A stretch of DNA of 64,000 bases from Takakia lepidozioides (taxonomy: Eukaryota; Plantae; Bryophyta): positions 74,462,001 to 74,526,000 of the forward strand of contig CM060732.1 of assembly GCA_030704615.1 (NCBI GenBank). Reading direction: 5' to 3'. The position numbers and the translations under genes were made by a program. The notes under the pieces are model-generated. The model saw only the letters and a program-made list of their open reading frames with translations. It was not told where the DNA came from and did not search any database. Positions 50,581 to 60,954 of the stretch are shown here, one piece after another. Numbering within the stretch: position 1 is the stretch's first letter; each line of letters opens with the position of its first letter.

Positions 50581-53090
50581 CAGCAACTGCCATAAAATGG
50601 CGGTCGTTTGATTTTAAAAAATTTAAAAATATTAAAAATATTAAAAATATATTAACATTTATTTATTTATTTATTTATTTAAGAACAGGGTGAAAGTAGC
50701 CCTGTAAATTTATTAAAAAGGAGGTAAGGAAAAATAACCTTACAGAGAACCATAAGGCTGATGACTGAGATACCACTCTAAGCCTGCAGATCTAAAGAGA
50801 GGGGGGAGATAAAGTGGACAAAGCTAAGACATGGCAGAATATTTTTCATTTCAGAAAATGCAGCGACCGCCACTAATGTCTGACACATTTAATTTTTTTT
50901 TTTAAATAGAGCGACCGCCATTATTGGCGGTCGCTTTTGTTTTTTTTTTTTTTTAAATAGAGCGACCGCCCTTACTGTCGGTCGCTTGTATATTTTTAAT
51001 TTCTGAAAATGCAGCGACCACCAATAATGACGATCGCTTTTATTTTTTATTTTTTTAAACAGAGCGACCGCCATTATTGGTGGTCATTTTATAAGAAAAA
51101 TAGACCGACCGCCATTATTGCGGTCGCTGTATATTTTAATTTTCTGAAACTCTTTTTTTTTAAAAAAAAAAATAGAGCGACCGCCATTATTGGCGGTCGC
51201 TTTTGTTTTTTAATTATTTTTAAATAGAGTGACGGCCATTACTGGCGGTCGCTAGTATATTTTTAATTTTTGAAAATGCTTCGACCGCCAGTTATGGCGG
51301 TCGCTTTTATTTTTTATTTTATGAATAGAGCGACCGCCATTATTGGTGGTCGCTTGTATATTTTTAATTTCTAAAAATGTTGCGACTGCCAGTAATGGCG
51401 GTCATTTTATTTATTTATTTTTATAATAGAGCTACCGTCGTTATTGGTGGTCGCTGTATGTTTTTTTTTTTTTAAATAGAGCGACCGCCAGTAATGGCGG
51501 TCGCTTTTTTGTTGTTTTTTTAAAATATAGCGACCGCCATTGTGGAAGGTGTGCCTTACGCGTGAACCGAGGAATGAGAAGGGGGGCAGATTAGCCAAGG
51601 GAGGCTCATTCTCCCCTCACTTCCTCTCCACATAACTTATGTGCGACCGCCATTATGGCAGTCTTTTTTTGTTTTTTATTTAATTTTAAGTAAAGCGACG
51701 GCCATTAATGGCGATCGCTTGTATATTTTTAATTTCTGAAATGCCGACGCTAGTTAATGGCGGTCGCGTATATTTTTTTCATTTTTGAATAGAGCGCCCG
51801 CCATTCTAGTGGTCCGCTTGGTATATTTTTAATTTCTGAAAATGTTCGACTGCCAGTAATGGCGGTCGCTTTTAAATTTTTTGTTTTTTTTTTAATAGAG
51901 AGACCGTCGTTACTAGCGGTCGCTTTTATTGTTTAATTTTTTAAATAGAGCGACCGCCATTACTGGCGGGCGTTTTTTTGTTGTTTTTTTTTAATGTAGG
52001 GACCGCCATGGTGGCGGTCGCTTCTCGAAGGTGTGCCTTACGCGTGGACTAAGGAATGTAGCGGGTTAGGGTGCAGATAGGCCAAGGGAGGCTCATTCTT
52101 CCCTCACTTCCCTCCACGCAACTGAGTGCTACAGCCATGTATTGGCGATCGCTTTTTTTATTTTTATTTTTTAAATAGAGGGACGGCCATTACTTTCGGT
52201 CGTTTGTAGATTTTTAATTGCTGAAAATGCTGCGACCGTCAATTATGGTAGTCGCTTTTATTTTCATTGCTAACCTTACCTACCCATTACCGGTTCTGGT
52301 GTCGTCTGTATATTTTTCATTTTTGAAAATGTTGCGACTACCAGTAATGGTGGTGGTTTTGTTTCTTTTTTTTTTTTCAATAGAGCGACCGTCGTTTCCA
52401 GCAGTCGCTTGTATTATTTAAATTTTTAATTAGCGACGCCATTTCTAGCGGTCGTTTTTTTGTTGTTTTTTTTAAATGTAGCGACCGCCTTGGGTGTCGG
52501 TCACTTCTATAATGTACTTAACGCGTGGACCGAGGAATGAGAAGGGGGGCGCAGATAAGCCAAGGGATGCTCATTCTCCACTCACTTCCTCTCCACACAA
52601 CTTATGTGCGACCGCAATTATTGGCGGTCGCTTTTATTTATTTATTTATTTAAATAGAGCGACGGCCATTACTGGCGGTTTTGCTTGATAAATTTACTTT
52701 CTGAAAATACTAAAATACTGCGACCGCCAATTATGGCGGTCGCTTTTATTTTACCGCCATTACTGGTGATCGCTTGTATATTTTTAATTTCTGGAAAGAT
52801 TGCGACTGCCAGTAATGACGGTCGTTTTTATTTTTTTTAATTTTTTAATAGAGCGACCGTCGTTTTTGGTTGTCGCTTTTATTGTTTAATTTTTTAAATA
52901 GTGGGACTTTTTGTGTGGTTTTTTTTAAAATGTAGCTACCGCCATGGTGGTGGTCGCTTCGAAAAGGTGTGCCTTACATGTGGACCGATACGAGGAGGGA
53001 GGGGGGGGGGGGGGAAGGGGGGGGAGATAAGCCATGGAGGCTTCCTTCTCCCCTCACTTCTTCCTCCACACAACTTTGTGTGCATGACAA
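47240..53090. repeat. Array of the palindrome AGCGACCGCCA-N4-TGGCGGTCGCT in A/T-tract spacers (47240-48120 and 50580-52960), with a ~450-485 bp higher-order unit repeated 4 times
   Basis: Dozens of GCGACCGCC/GGCGGTCGC half-sites. The marker block GAAGGTGTGCCTTACGCGTG..CATTCTCCCCTCACTTCCTCTCCACA recurs near 51545, 52028, 52510 and 52962. Confidence 0.92.
47640..47822 (-). mobile_element. Short retroposed insert (3' end of a LINE/SINE); second copy at ~50657-50838
   Basis: On the minus strand it ends AATAAA..GGGCTACT..CACCCTGTTCTT followed by an (A)n/(TAAA)n tail. Two near-identical copies. Confidence 0.55.
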
Positions 53091-54590
53091 TGTAACTATT
53101 CCATGACACCGTAGTCACGTGGAGAAGGAGCCATTGGTAGGGAGATTTTTTTTTGCCGCAATTTTGTGAAGTTCGTTGGAGAATTCTCCTATATAGCCCT
53201 TCCTCTAGCTTCCAGAACATTTCATTCTACTAAATTAGCTTTTAATAACGATTATGACACTTATTCAAACCCGTTTCGTGTTAAGGGTAAGGGTCAATTG
53301 TAATTTTTCGATCGAGATTGCAGTTCCTTAATTCTTAGCCATTTCCACGTTTGTTTCAGTAGTGTTTAACTTTCCTAATTTCCTTACTTAGTAGTAACGT
53401 CATTTAGGGTTGCCATTTTGTTACAAAGATGGCAGAGCCGGCCAGGACGATGAGCGTCAGGAAGAGATGACCCATAGAACATGGATGTGCTCCCTAATAA
53501 AATCAAATGGTCAAGGCAATGACTTGAATTGGGAAGTATATGATGACCCTAGCATACTAGCAGAAGAGGGATGAGAGGATTTTCCGAAGAGTTCATGTGC
53601 CAAGCACGAGATGCAAAAAATTCGTGAAATGGTGTCACAATCAAATCAATTGTGGCCTAGACCTAGGCAATGTGGTGCAAACCAGAACAATTGCGCGGAC
53701 TCCGGTCTTGCATGAACTTTGCATTTCCAGCATGGGGCGACTGAGGTGCATTGCACGTGTTGGGTAACCACTTTTAAATGGCTAAATCTCGTACACCTTG
53801 GGCAGCCCTGTTGTACGTGGAGGTGATACTGTTGCGTTCAGTGAATTGGCAACTGTTAGTAGGAGGAACGCAACGATGCAATACCATTTGTCGACCTCCA
53901 ACACGTTTGGAACACCCCCGCTAAGATACTGGGCCCCCGTGCGCGAGGCACCGGTACCCCCAGGCTATGATACTAGGCGGCCCGAGGCACCGGTTCAACA
54001 AGTATCCGGAACGTTTAGAGGATACTGGTGGAAACAAACCCGAGTCCGAATCCTGCAGAACCTTGTGAAATGACAGACTGGCATAGCCGAGTTGGAGGGT
54101 ACATTGCAGAACACCCTCAAAACAATGAAGGCACTGTCCACAATGACGTTCGAAGAACGACGTGGACATTTTCGCGGATTTTACAATGTCGACTCGCAAT
54201 ATTGACCGCATCATTGCCGGAATTACGCGACATCTTTGACTCTCGTCACTCGTGAGATTCTGCAAGAAAGTCACTTTCGCCGAAAATACGGATGCTTGGT
54301 CAGAATTGATCACATGTCATTGGGCCCCTTATTGACCACAAGATCACGTCCCAGGCTCTCCGTATTGCAGTGCAAATCAGGCCACAATATCACATCACTC
54401 CCTTGGTCCCCGACAGTGACGACAAGAATTCGAATGAGTAGCAACGTAGTACATACAATGTGGATTTTTGTTGTCCTTGAATTTCTGAAACACACTGATA
54501 GCACTACGCCATTTTGTATATGCAACTAATTTTGTTATACACATGTGGGCAACTTACAAATTTCAATTGCATGAACAGCGTAACGCGTTT

Positions 54591-55090
54591 NNNNNNNNNN
54601 NNNNNNNNNNNNNNNNNNNNNNNNNNNNNNNNNNNNNNNNNNNNNNNNNNNNNNNNNNNNNNNNNNNNNNNNNNNNNNNNNNNNNNNNNNNNNNNNNNNN
54701 NNNNNNNNNNNNNNNNNNNNNNNNNNNNNNNNNNNNNNNNNNNNNNNNNNNNNNNNNNNNNNNNNNNNNNNNNNNNNNNNNNNNNNNNNNNNNNNNNNNN
54801 NNNNNNNNNNNNNNNNNNNNNNNNNNNNNNNNNNNNNNNNNNNNNNNNNNNNNNNNNNNNNNNNNNNNNNNNNNNNNNNNNNNNNNNNNNNNNNNNNNNN
54901 NNNNNNNNNNNNNNNNNNNNNNNNNNNNNNNNNNNNNNNNNNNNNNNNNNNNNNNNNNNNNNNNNNNNNNNNNNNNNNNNNNNNNNNNNNNNNNNNNNNN
55001 NNNNNNNNNNNNNNNNNNNNNNNNNNNNNNNNNNNNNNNNNNNNNNNNNNNNNNNNNNNNNNNNNNNNNNNNNNNNNNNNNNNNNNNNNN
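54591..55090. other. Assembly gap (500 N)
   Basis: N run; linkage across it is not guaranteed. Confidence 1.
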
Positions 55091-55256
55091 AACCGAAAGG
55101 CGTTCTGCTGATTCGCGGACTGGTGCTGAACTCTGCAAAGCAAGAAGAGGAAATGGTGGTATATGTTAACATCCAGATATAGACAACAAAAGCCACTATT
55201 TCTCGAATGGAACGACACAAGGAAATGCAACATATTTTGCACGAGTACACAAGAAC

Positions 55257-58200
55257 TTACTCACACTCAAAATCGGAGTCCACGTCCAGATCCTCGTCAG
55301 GCGCTTCGGGCTCCTCCAGAAGTCCCTCTGTGGATGGGGCAGAAGTAGTGCCCGACTCAAGCTGACAAAGCTCGCTTGAGAAGAGCTCCGTATCAGCTTC
55401 CATGCCGAAGAAGTGCCTTCCGGCGCTCTTGCAAGCATGAAAACATGCTCCTGCAAATCCAAGAAGAACGAGAAATAAAAACCGGGTTTCCCTAAGGTCA
55501 CTGCCCATATGTCAAACACAATGTGAAGGGCCCCACCTGTGCCCATAGACAAGTCAAACACTCGTCCACCATGACGGCTGCATGTCTCCACCAAAGTCTG
55601 CATGAAAGCTGGAGATTTCTCCGTGCACCTCTCCAAGGGACACCATTCGTCTTTTCATAGTCCGACCGAGTCGACGTAATTGAAGATAACATCCTCCACA
55701 GGCTCGCAGGTGGGGTCAATGTGAGCTGCAAGGTCCCTCAACTGAAACTCAGCAACACCAGCAGGAAGAGTGTCGTTCCGCCTCACCAGGCACAAAGCTT
55801 CGAACACTCGTGTCTGTCATTAATCACGAAGACAGAATGAGACAGAAGACATAACCCACCATTTTGATTTACCGAAAACCACGAAACATCATTGAAAGGA
55901 ACCAACTCACTTCTGCCCCGGGAACTCGCCCTTCGTAAGAGGCAGAGTATTGATGCATGTCCAAGTTTTGATGACACGAAACCCGGAAGCTTTCATGTAG
56001 CTGAAAAGAGTTCTTCGAGCCGACATGTCCTTTGACTGCATGAGAAGAAGAGCCCCCGAGTCCGAAAGGAACTTGTTGCTGAACGAGAAAGCCCACTGCC
56101 AGTAACGAGAATCCGATTTGTTCCAAGTCGGGGTCGAATTGGAAGGAAACACATCAGGGACAGGAAAACCGTCAGGAATGTCCAGCACCACAAGGTCAGT
56201 CGCGTATGCCTGTTGAACTCCATTCACCCATTCCGGACTTTTTGTGACCTACAGCCAAAAACATGAGACATTGTAAGAAGCCCAATCCAAATCTAACAGG
56301 AGATCAATCCCCTGGACAAGCCACAACAAGCTGCCAAACACAATTATTCATACAACAGTTTAGACATAAGTTTTCACCTGAGTGAGGAACGAAACAAGCA
56401 TGCCCCACGATTCGAGGGCACCCCTTTGAATGTGGACTTCCTGACTCCATCATTGAAAGAAAACTTTCATTCAGCACCTTACGATTGAACTGGCCCAAAA
56501 CCCTGGAGGGATGTTCTCTCGCCTCGAAAACTTGCTCCCTGGACTTTGAAGTTCTCCTATCCCTCCTTGCGGGAGAAGGCTGTCTTTCAGGAACCTCTGA
56601 CGGTCCCTGTCCTTGCGGAGCTGCACTTTTCCCCTTCCCCTTCGGATCCCCGACAACCTTCCCCTTTCGTTTTGGAGTAGCAGTTTTCTCGGGCTCTTTT
56701 GCAGCCAGAGCCGAAATGATTCTGTCCTGGATGTCTTTCTCAGCCAATGGGGCAATCGCTGCGGCATTGTCGTTCAGGTTTCTCAAAACAACTTCATCGA
56801 ATGGGTGTCCTGTTTTGGCAGGTCGAGGTACCACCCACAGTCTCGGAAGTGCGCCCTGCTCCAGTCTTTGGCAATACCAGCCGTGTACATTGTCTTGTCA
56901 TTGGAGGGGTCAGCCCATGAATAGATGAAATCTGGGTCATCGCTAAGGTACTTTCCCGGTATGAGGATATGATACATATACCTGAATCACATACAAAAAA
57001 CGCAGACAGTCATTCGATCAGAAAACGAAATAGAACACACATCCGGAAAAAGATATTGAAATGCAGGAATGGCAAAACTGAGAATTCTACTTTTGAAATC
57101 CCGAATAACCTTGCGTTGACGCAATGTTCATTCTAGCAGAAATGGGGAACACCAAATGATAATGTTGTATTGATAGAGACAACGAATGGAAGCGAATTCA
57201 ACATTGCTTCAACGCAAGGTTGTTTTAGGGTGAGAGGAAATGGAAAACACTGCATGAAAACTACCATCAGACTATGTACTGGTGCGGATATTCAACATTG
57301 CGTTGGCGCAATGTTGAAATCCTCTGTTGAAACACATGTCAATGGTATCTGATAATCATAAGTTTCCTACAATTGTATTGAAATAGGGGGATGGCTGCGG
57401 GAAATTTGCAGCAACCATACCGCCAAACAACCTTGCGTCAACGCAAGTCTGTTTGTTGGTACACTTAAAGTTGAAAATAGCATTTCAAACCGACTAAAAA
57501 CAGTCTTATGTTCATCTTGGCAGCATTGGAACTGGATTTGAACTGCCCAAAACCACAGGAAAAGCTACATAGCCTGACACTTCATCAACCTTGCGTTGAC
57601 GCAAGGCTGATTTTCCAGTCAGTTTATCCCTTTCACATTGAGAAAAACGGAATTATGGGATACCCAGGTATAGGTAAGTGAAACCAGAACAATGGGAATC
57701 AACCTTGCGTTAACGCAATGTTGCTCGACTGCACATGCAGAGCCCTCAGAGATATCGCAAAGCACTGCAAATTGCAATTCCTTATGGAAAGACAGAACGA
57801 CACAAGATGCAGAACACATGCCCTTCAAGCACCAATTTTGATTCAAGGAGGTCACACCTTTATGTAGCCACTGGTCGAATGTGTGGTCGCTAACAACTCT
57901 TATTGCTTGTGTCTTCGTGTCCCTCTCTGGAGTTGGGAACATGTTCGTGTCTCTCACAAGAGGATCCGAATTCCATATCTCCAACCACCTGATTTTGGTT
58001 GCATTGTCCACCATTGAAATGGAAAGGCGATGTAGTTTCTCTTGAGTCATTTCTGGCTTGGAGCCATACTTATCATAGTGTGCTTTCACCTGTTCCAGAA
58101 ATTCCGTGCCAAGACCTGGGTCTGCTATCCGGATCTGTTTGTCGAATGCACTCATGAGGTTCTTCCTTTGATTTTTCATCTCGAACTTCATAATGTCCTC

Positions 58201-60320
58201 AAGCCCAGTTGCAGACCGCTGCTCTTCTGTGTGGGAATCATAGTACTCTGCTTTCGCCTTCAATCCAGTTTCTGCTATTTCTTGCTGCATACATAACAGG
58301 TAAAAAGAATCAAAGACTGCAATTTCATCACAAAATTTGCAGTATTAACAGGCAAAAGGTGTCAAAAAGCTTACAGTGTACATGTACTCAAGAAAAGCCT
58401 CCCTTGTCAAGCTGTACCATGTGCTTGTCTTCTTCTCAGCACACCTCTTCATCTGGAGAGGACTGAGCACGTTCGTGAATGACTCCAGTGGCATCAGCCC
58501 TACCTTCTGGATGCGGAATAGAGTGTGGCACAGATTGGTCGTCACATGAGATGTTTCATTGGACCTGGAAAAACCTTCAACTCATAAGATGATTTCAAAT
58601 TGTCGAAACAAGTAACAGACACAAAGTTGGAAACTTACTTGTTTATGTCGTGCATGGCTGTCAAGAGCTGCGTGACACGTCTTTTGTGATCGAGAACCAT
58701 GGAAACCACGCTCCAGTGCCATTCGATGTCGTCCGAATGCAAGCTTGAAATGTAATCCATCCAGGCAAGCAGTCTGTGGTTCCCATCCCAGACAAAAAAC
58801 ATCTTTCCCATGAATGCTTTTGTGGAGGCCTTTTTGGACAGCTTGAACTCGAACTCCCTGTTTACATCCCGCCAGCATGCATCCCAACCTTGCTCAATGT
58901 CCTCTGTTACAAGACACTCCTTTCCTTTCGTGTTCATAGTGGATACGTAGAACACTGCTGATCTCTTTACATAGCCGTGAACAAAGTCGTTCTTCAACTT
59001 CGTTATATCGTTCCTCAAAGCCGGTCGAACAGCGGGCATGGAGATCATCCTGCACAGCGGAATGACCAGGTTTCCTCCCGGAACCTCCATCGACAGAATC
59101 ACCTTCGACGAGTTCACTTTTTGCCCACCAATTATCTCCTCGGCCTTGTCTTCATAGTTTCCCTCCAATGCAGCTTCCTCACCTTCACCTTCTGACGCGG
59201 CCAAATCTTCCCCCTCGGATTTCCTTTTTCTTTTCCTCTGCACAGAATGAATTATCTGTGAGTGACAGATTGAGCACCCATGGATCAACATTGCTTTGAC
59301 GCAAGGTTGATTGATGGGGATGTAGTTTAGACTGAAAAGCATACAGGAAAGACTTTTCAAGCAAAAAAGTGCTTTGCGTTGACGTAGGGTTCTTTTGGGA
59401 GCTTCAACTAATCAACTTTCCCTACCTTACATTTCAGGATATGAGAGATCGGACGCCTCCATTGAACAAAAAACTCATCAAAACCAGCCTTGCGTCAACG
59501 CAATGTTGATTCATGTGCGGCATCTGTTTGTTTCACTAGAAGTTCTATCATACACAATGGAGGTAGGCATCAACCTTGCGTTGACGCAAGGTTGATTGCG
59601 AGCTCTCGGATCGGTGTTGAACAAACACAAAAGCTACAGGAAAAGTTGATTGCTGTCTCTTCTTCTTCTTCGAACTTGATGATGCGTCGCAAGCATCCAT
59701 GTCTGTCTAGCTTGATTGTAGAGCAGCATCTGCACTGTTTTCATGCACAATATATACGCTTGGGAGGTCGACTTCAACCTTGCGTTGACGCAAGGTTGAT
59801 GTCGACCTCAATGCTTAGCAAGAACCAGAAAGAATCAGAGAGAGAGAAAGAGAGTTCATAGCCACCTCCGGTTTCTTCTTTGCACTTGATGATGCTCCTG
59901 ACGCATTCAATCTTTCCATTTTGTCTGGAGGTAGCATGCTTCCAAGGAGGTCCCGATGGTGCGAAACAAGGGCAGACGGCATCGTTTCCGCGTCCGTTTG
60001 TTCTCCCTGCTCTTTGAAGACCTGTTTCTCTACTCGCAGTGCTTCCTCCCTAGCCCAGCTCACTTCCTCGTCCTCCCCCCCTTCTATTGGAGGTTGCTCA
60101 TCGGTCGCCTCCGGGATCACTTCAAGACCTTCCTCTCCACACTGCGGTTGCAGAATCCTGTTCTGCCCTTCGTCTTCCTCTACGCCGGATGTTTCTTCTC
60201 CCATTCTAAGTTCCCGTCTCGCCTTCCTCATCCTCTCCTTAGAGCGTGCCCTTTGCTTCTTTGATGTGAAATAAAGTGTTCTTCGACGCTTGCTTCTCCC
60301 TCGGAATGGGGTCACCGTCT
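55257..60320 (-). CDS. Spliced transposon-associated gene: basic/acidic N-terminus + ParB/Srx-like domain + beta-class N6A/N4C DNA methyltransferase-like domain (about 1000 aa; ~4 apparent 1-nt frameshifts; 5' end unresolved)
   Basis: Exons ~60320-59866, 59237-58639 (VRP..FFVWDGNHRLLAW), 58564-58375, 58284-~57833, 56981-56478, 56248-55911 (DLVVLDIPDG..FLSDSGALLL), 55813-55537 (PWRGA(R)EKSPAFMQTLVETCSRHGGRVFDLSMGTG), 55450-55257 (ACFHACKSAGRHFFGMEAD, acidic tail, TAA). GT-AG introns. Confidence 0.8.
57108..59809. repeat. Dispersed 20-bp palindrome ACCTTGCGT-NN-ACGCAAGGT, ~11 copies confined to two introns
   Basis: Copies start at 57108, 57201, 57295, 57430, 57588, 57702, 59288, 59371, 59487, 59573 and 59777. 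Confidence 0.92.
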
Positions 60321-60954
60321 CTGCAGAATCCAGGGTTGCAAAGACAATAACGAGAAGAGGGAAAAAAGAGGACTATGGGAGGTTCATCGCAAGGCCTTCA
60401 ACGCCAAGATGTTCGCTTGCAACGTTCAGTGCGCCACTGACTCATTCCACATGCATGGCGAACACGTGTCCATCTAATCGTTATGAAATATCGGCGGAGA
60501 TCATTGGATCCTCATCCATTCAAAAACCGTTGGGGTCTAATCACCTCCCATCTGAAAAAGTTCGTTATTCTGGCATGTTCCAGAGGAATGTCAAGTGTGT
60601 ACAGTTGTACAGCGGTGTAGGTGCCGTTAAAATTAAATGGAAATGGGCATCTCTTCTGGCCTCTCTGACATGACAACCAAACGGCGGCTCTGTCAGTCAA
60701 TCTGTCAACGAATGCACTGGTGGGGCACTTGTGAAAAAACAGTTGGATTCTAGGATTAGGGCTGACATTATGACCATGTGCTTGGTTTGCATGGGGAGAC
60801 ATTTCACAGAAGTGGAAACCCGCGTTAGGAGATCTGCAAGCCGGAGCGATACCTGCAATTCTCTGTGAGGACGCCAAAAACTCCGCTCCCACACAATTTG
60901 CATTCACAAGCACGGTCGGACTGTGAACTCTACTTTCTGAAGCAACATCGACAT

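Larger units (their letters stand above)
44424..53120 (-). mobile_element. Decayed, rearranged CACTA (En/Spm) element; only one terminus seen, right boundary uncertain
   Basis: Terminus CACTACTACA at 44424, followed by ATGACTA/TAGTCAT subterminal repeats (44445-44650). Transposase remnants lie internally. Confidence 0.6.

Noticed and set aside
47240-52960. CRISPR-like appearance of regularly spaced palindromic repeats
   Set aside because: Spacers are low-complexity, mutually similar A/T tracts; no cas genes; eukaryotic TE context.
53357-53364. CAGTAGTG as the second CACTA terminus
   Set aside because: Only 7 bp match the 44424 end, and the flanking triplet (TTT) does not match the expected TSD GTC.
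53429-54590. Degenerate plus-strand coding-like region after a TATA-like motif
   Set aside because: Broken frames, no recognisable domain, truncated by the gap.
54504-55250. Long ORFs across the N run
   Set aside because: Artefacts of the assembly gap.
57108-59809. CRISPR interpretation of the 20-bp intronic palindromes
   Set aside because: Spacing is irregular (85-200 bp), copies are degenerate and there are no cas genes; they fit binding sites better.
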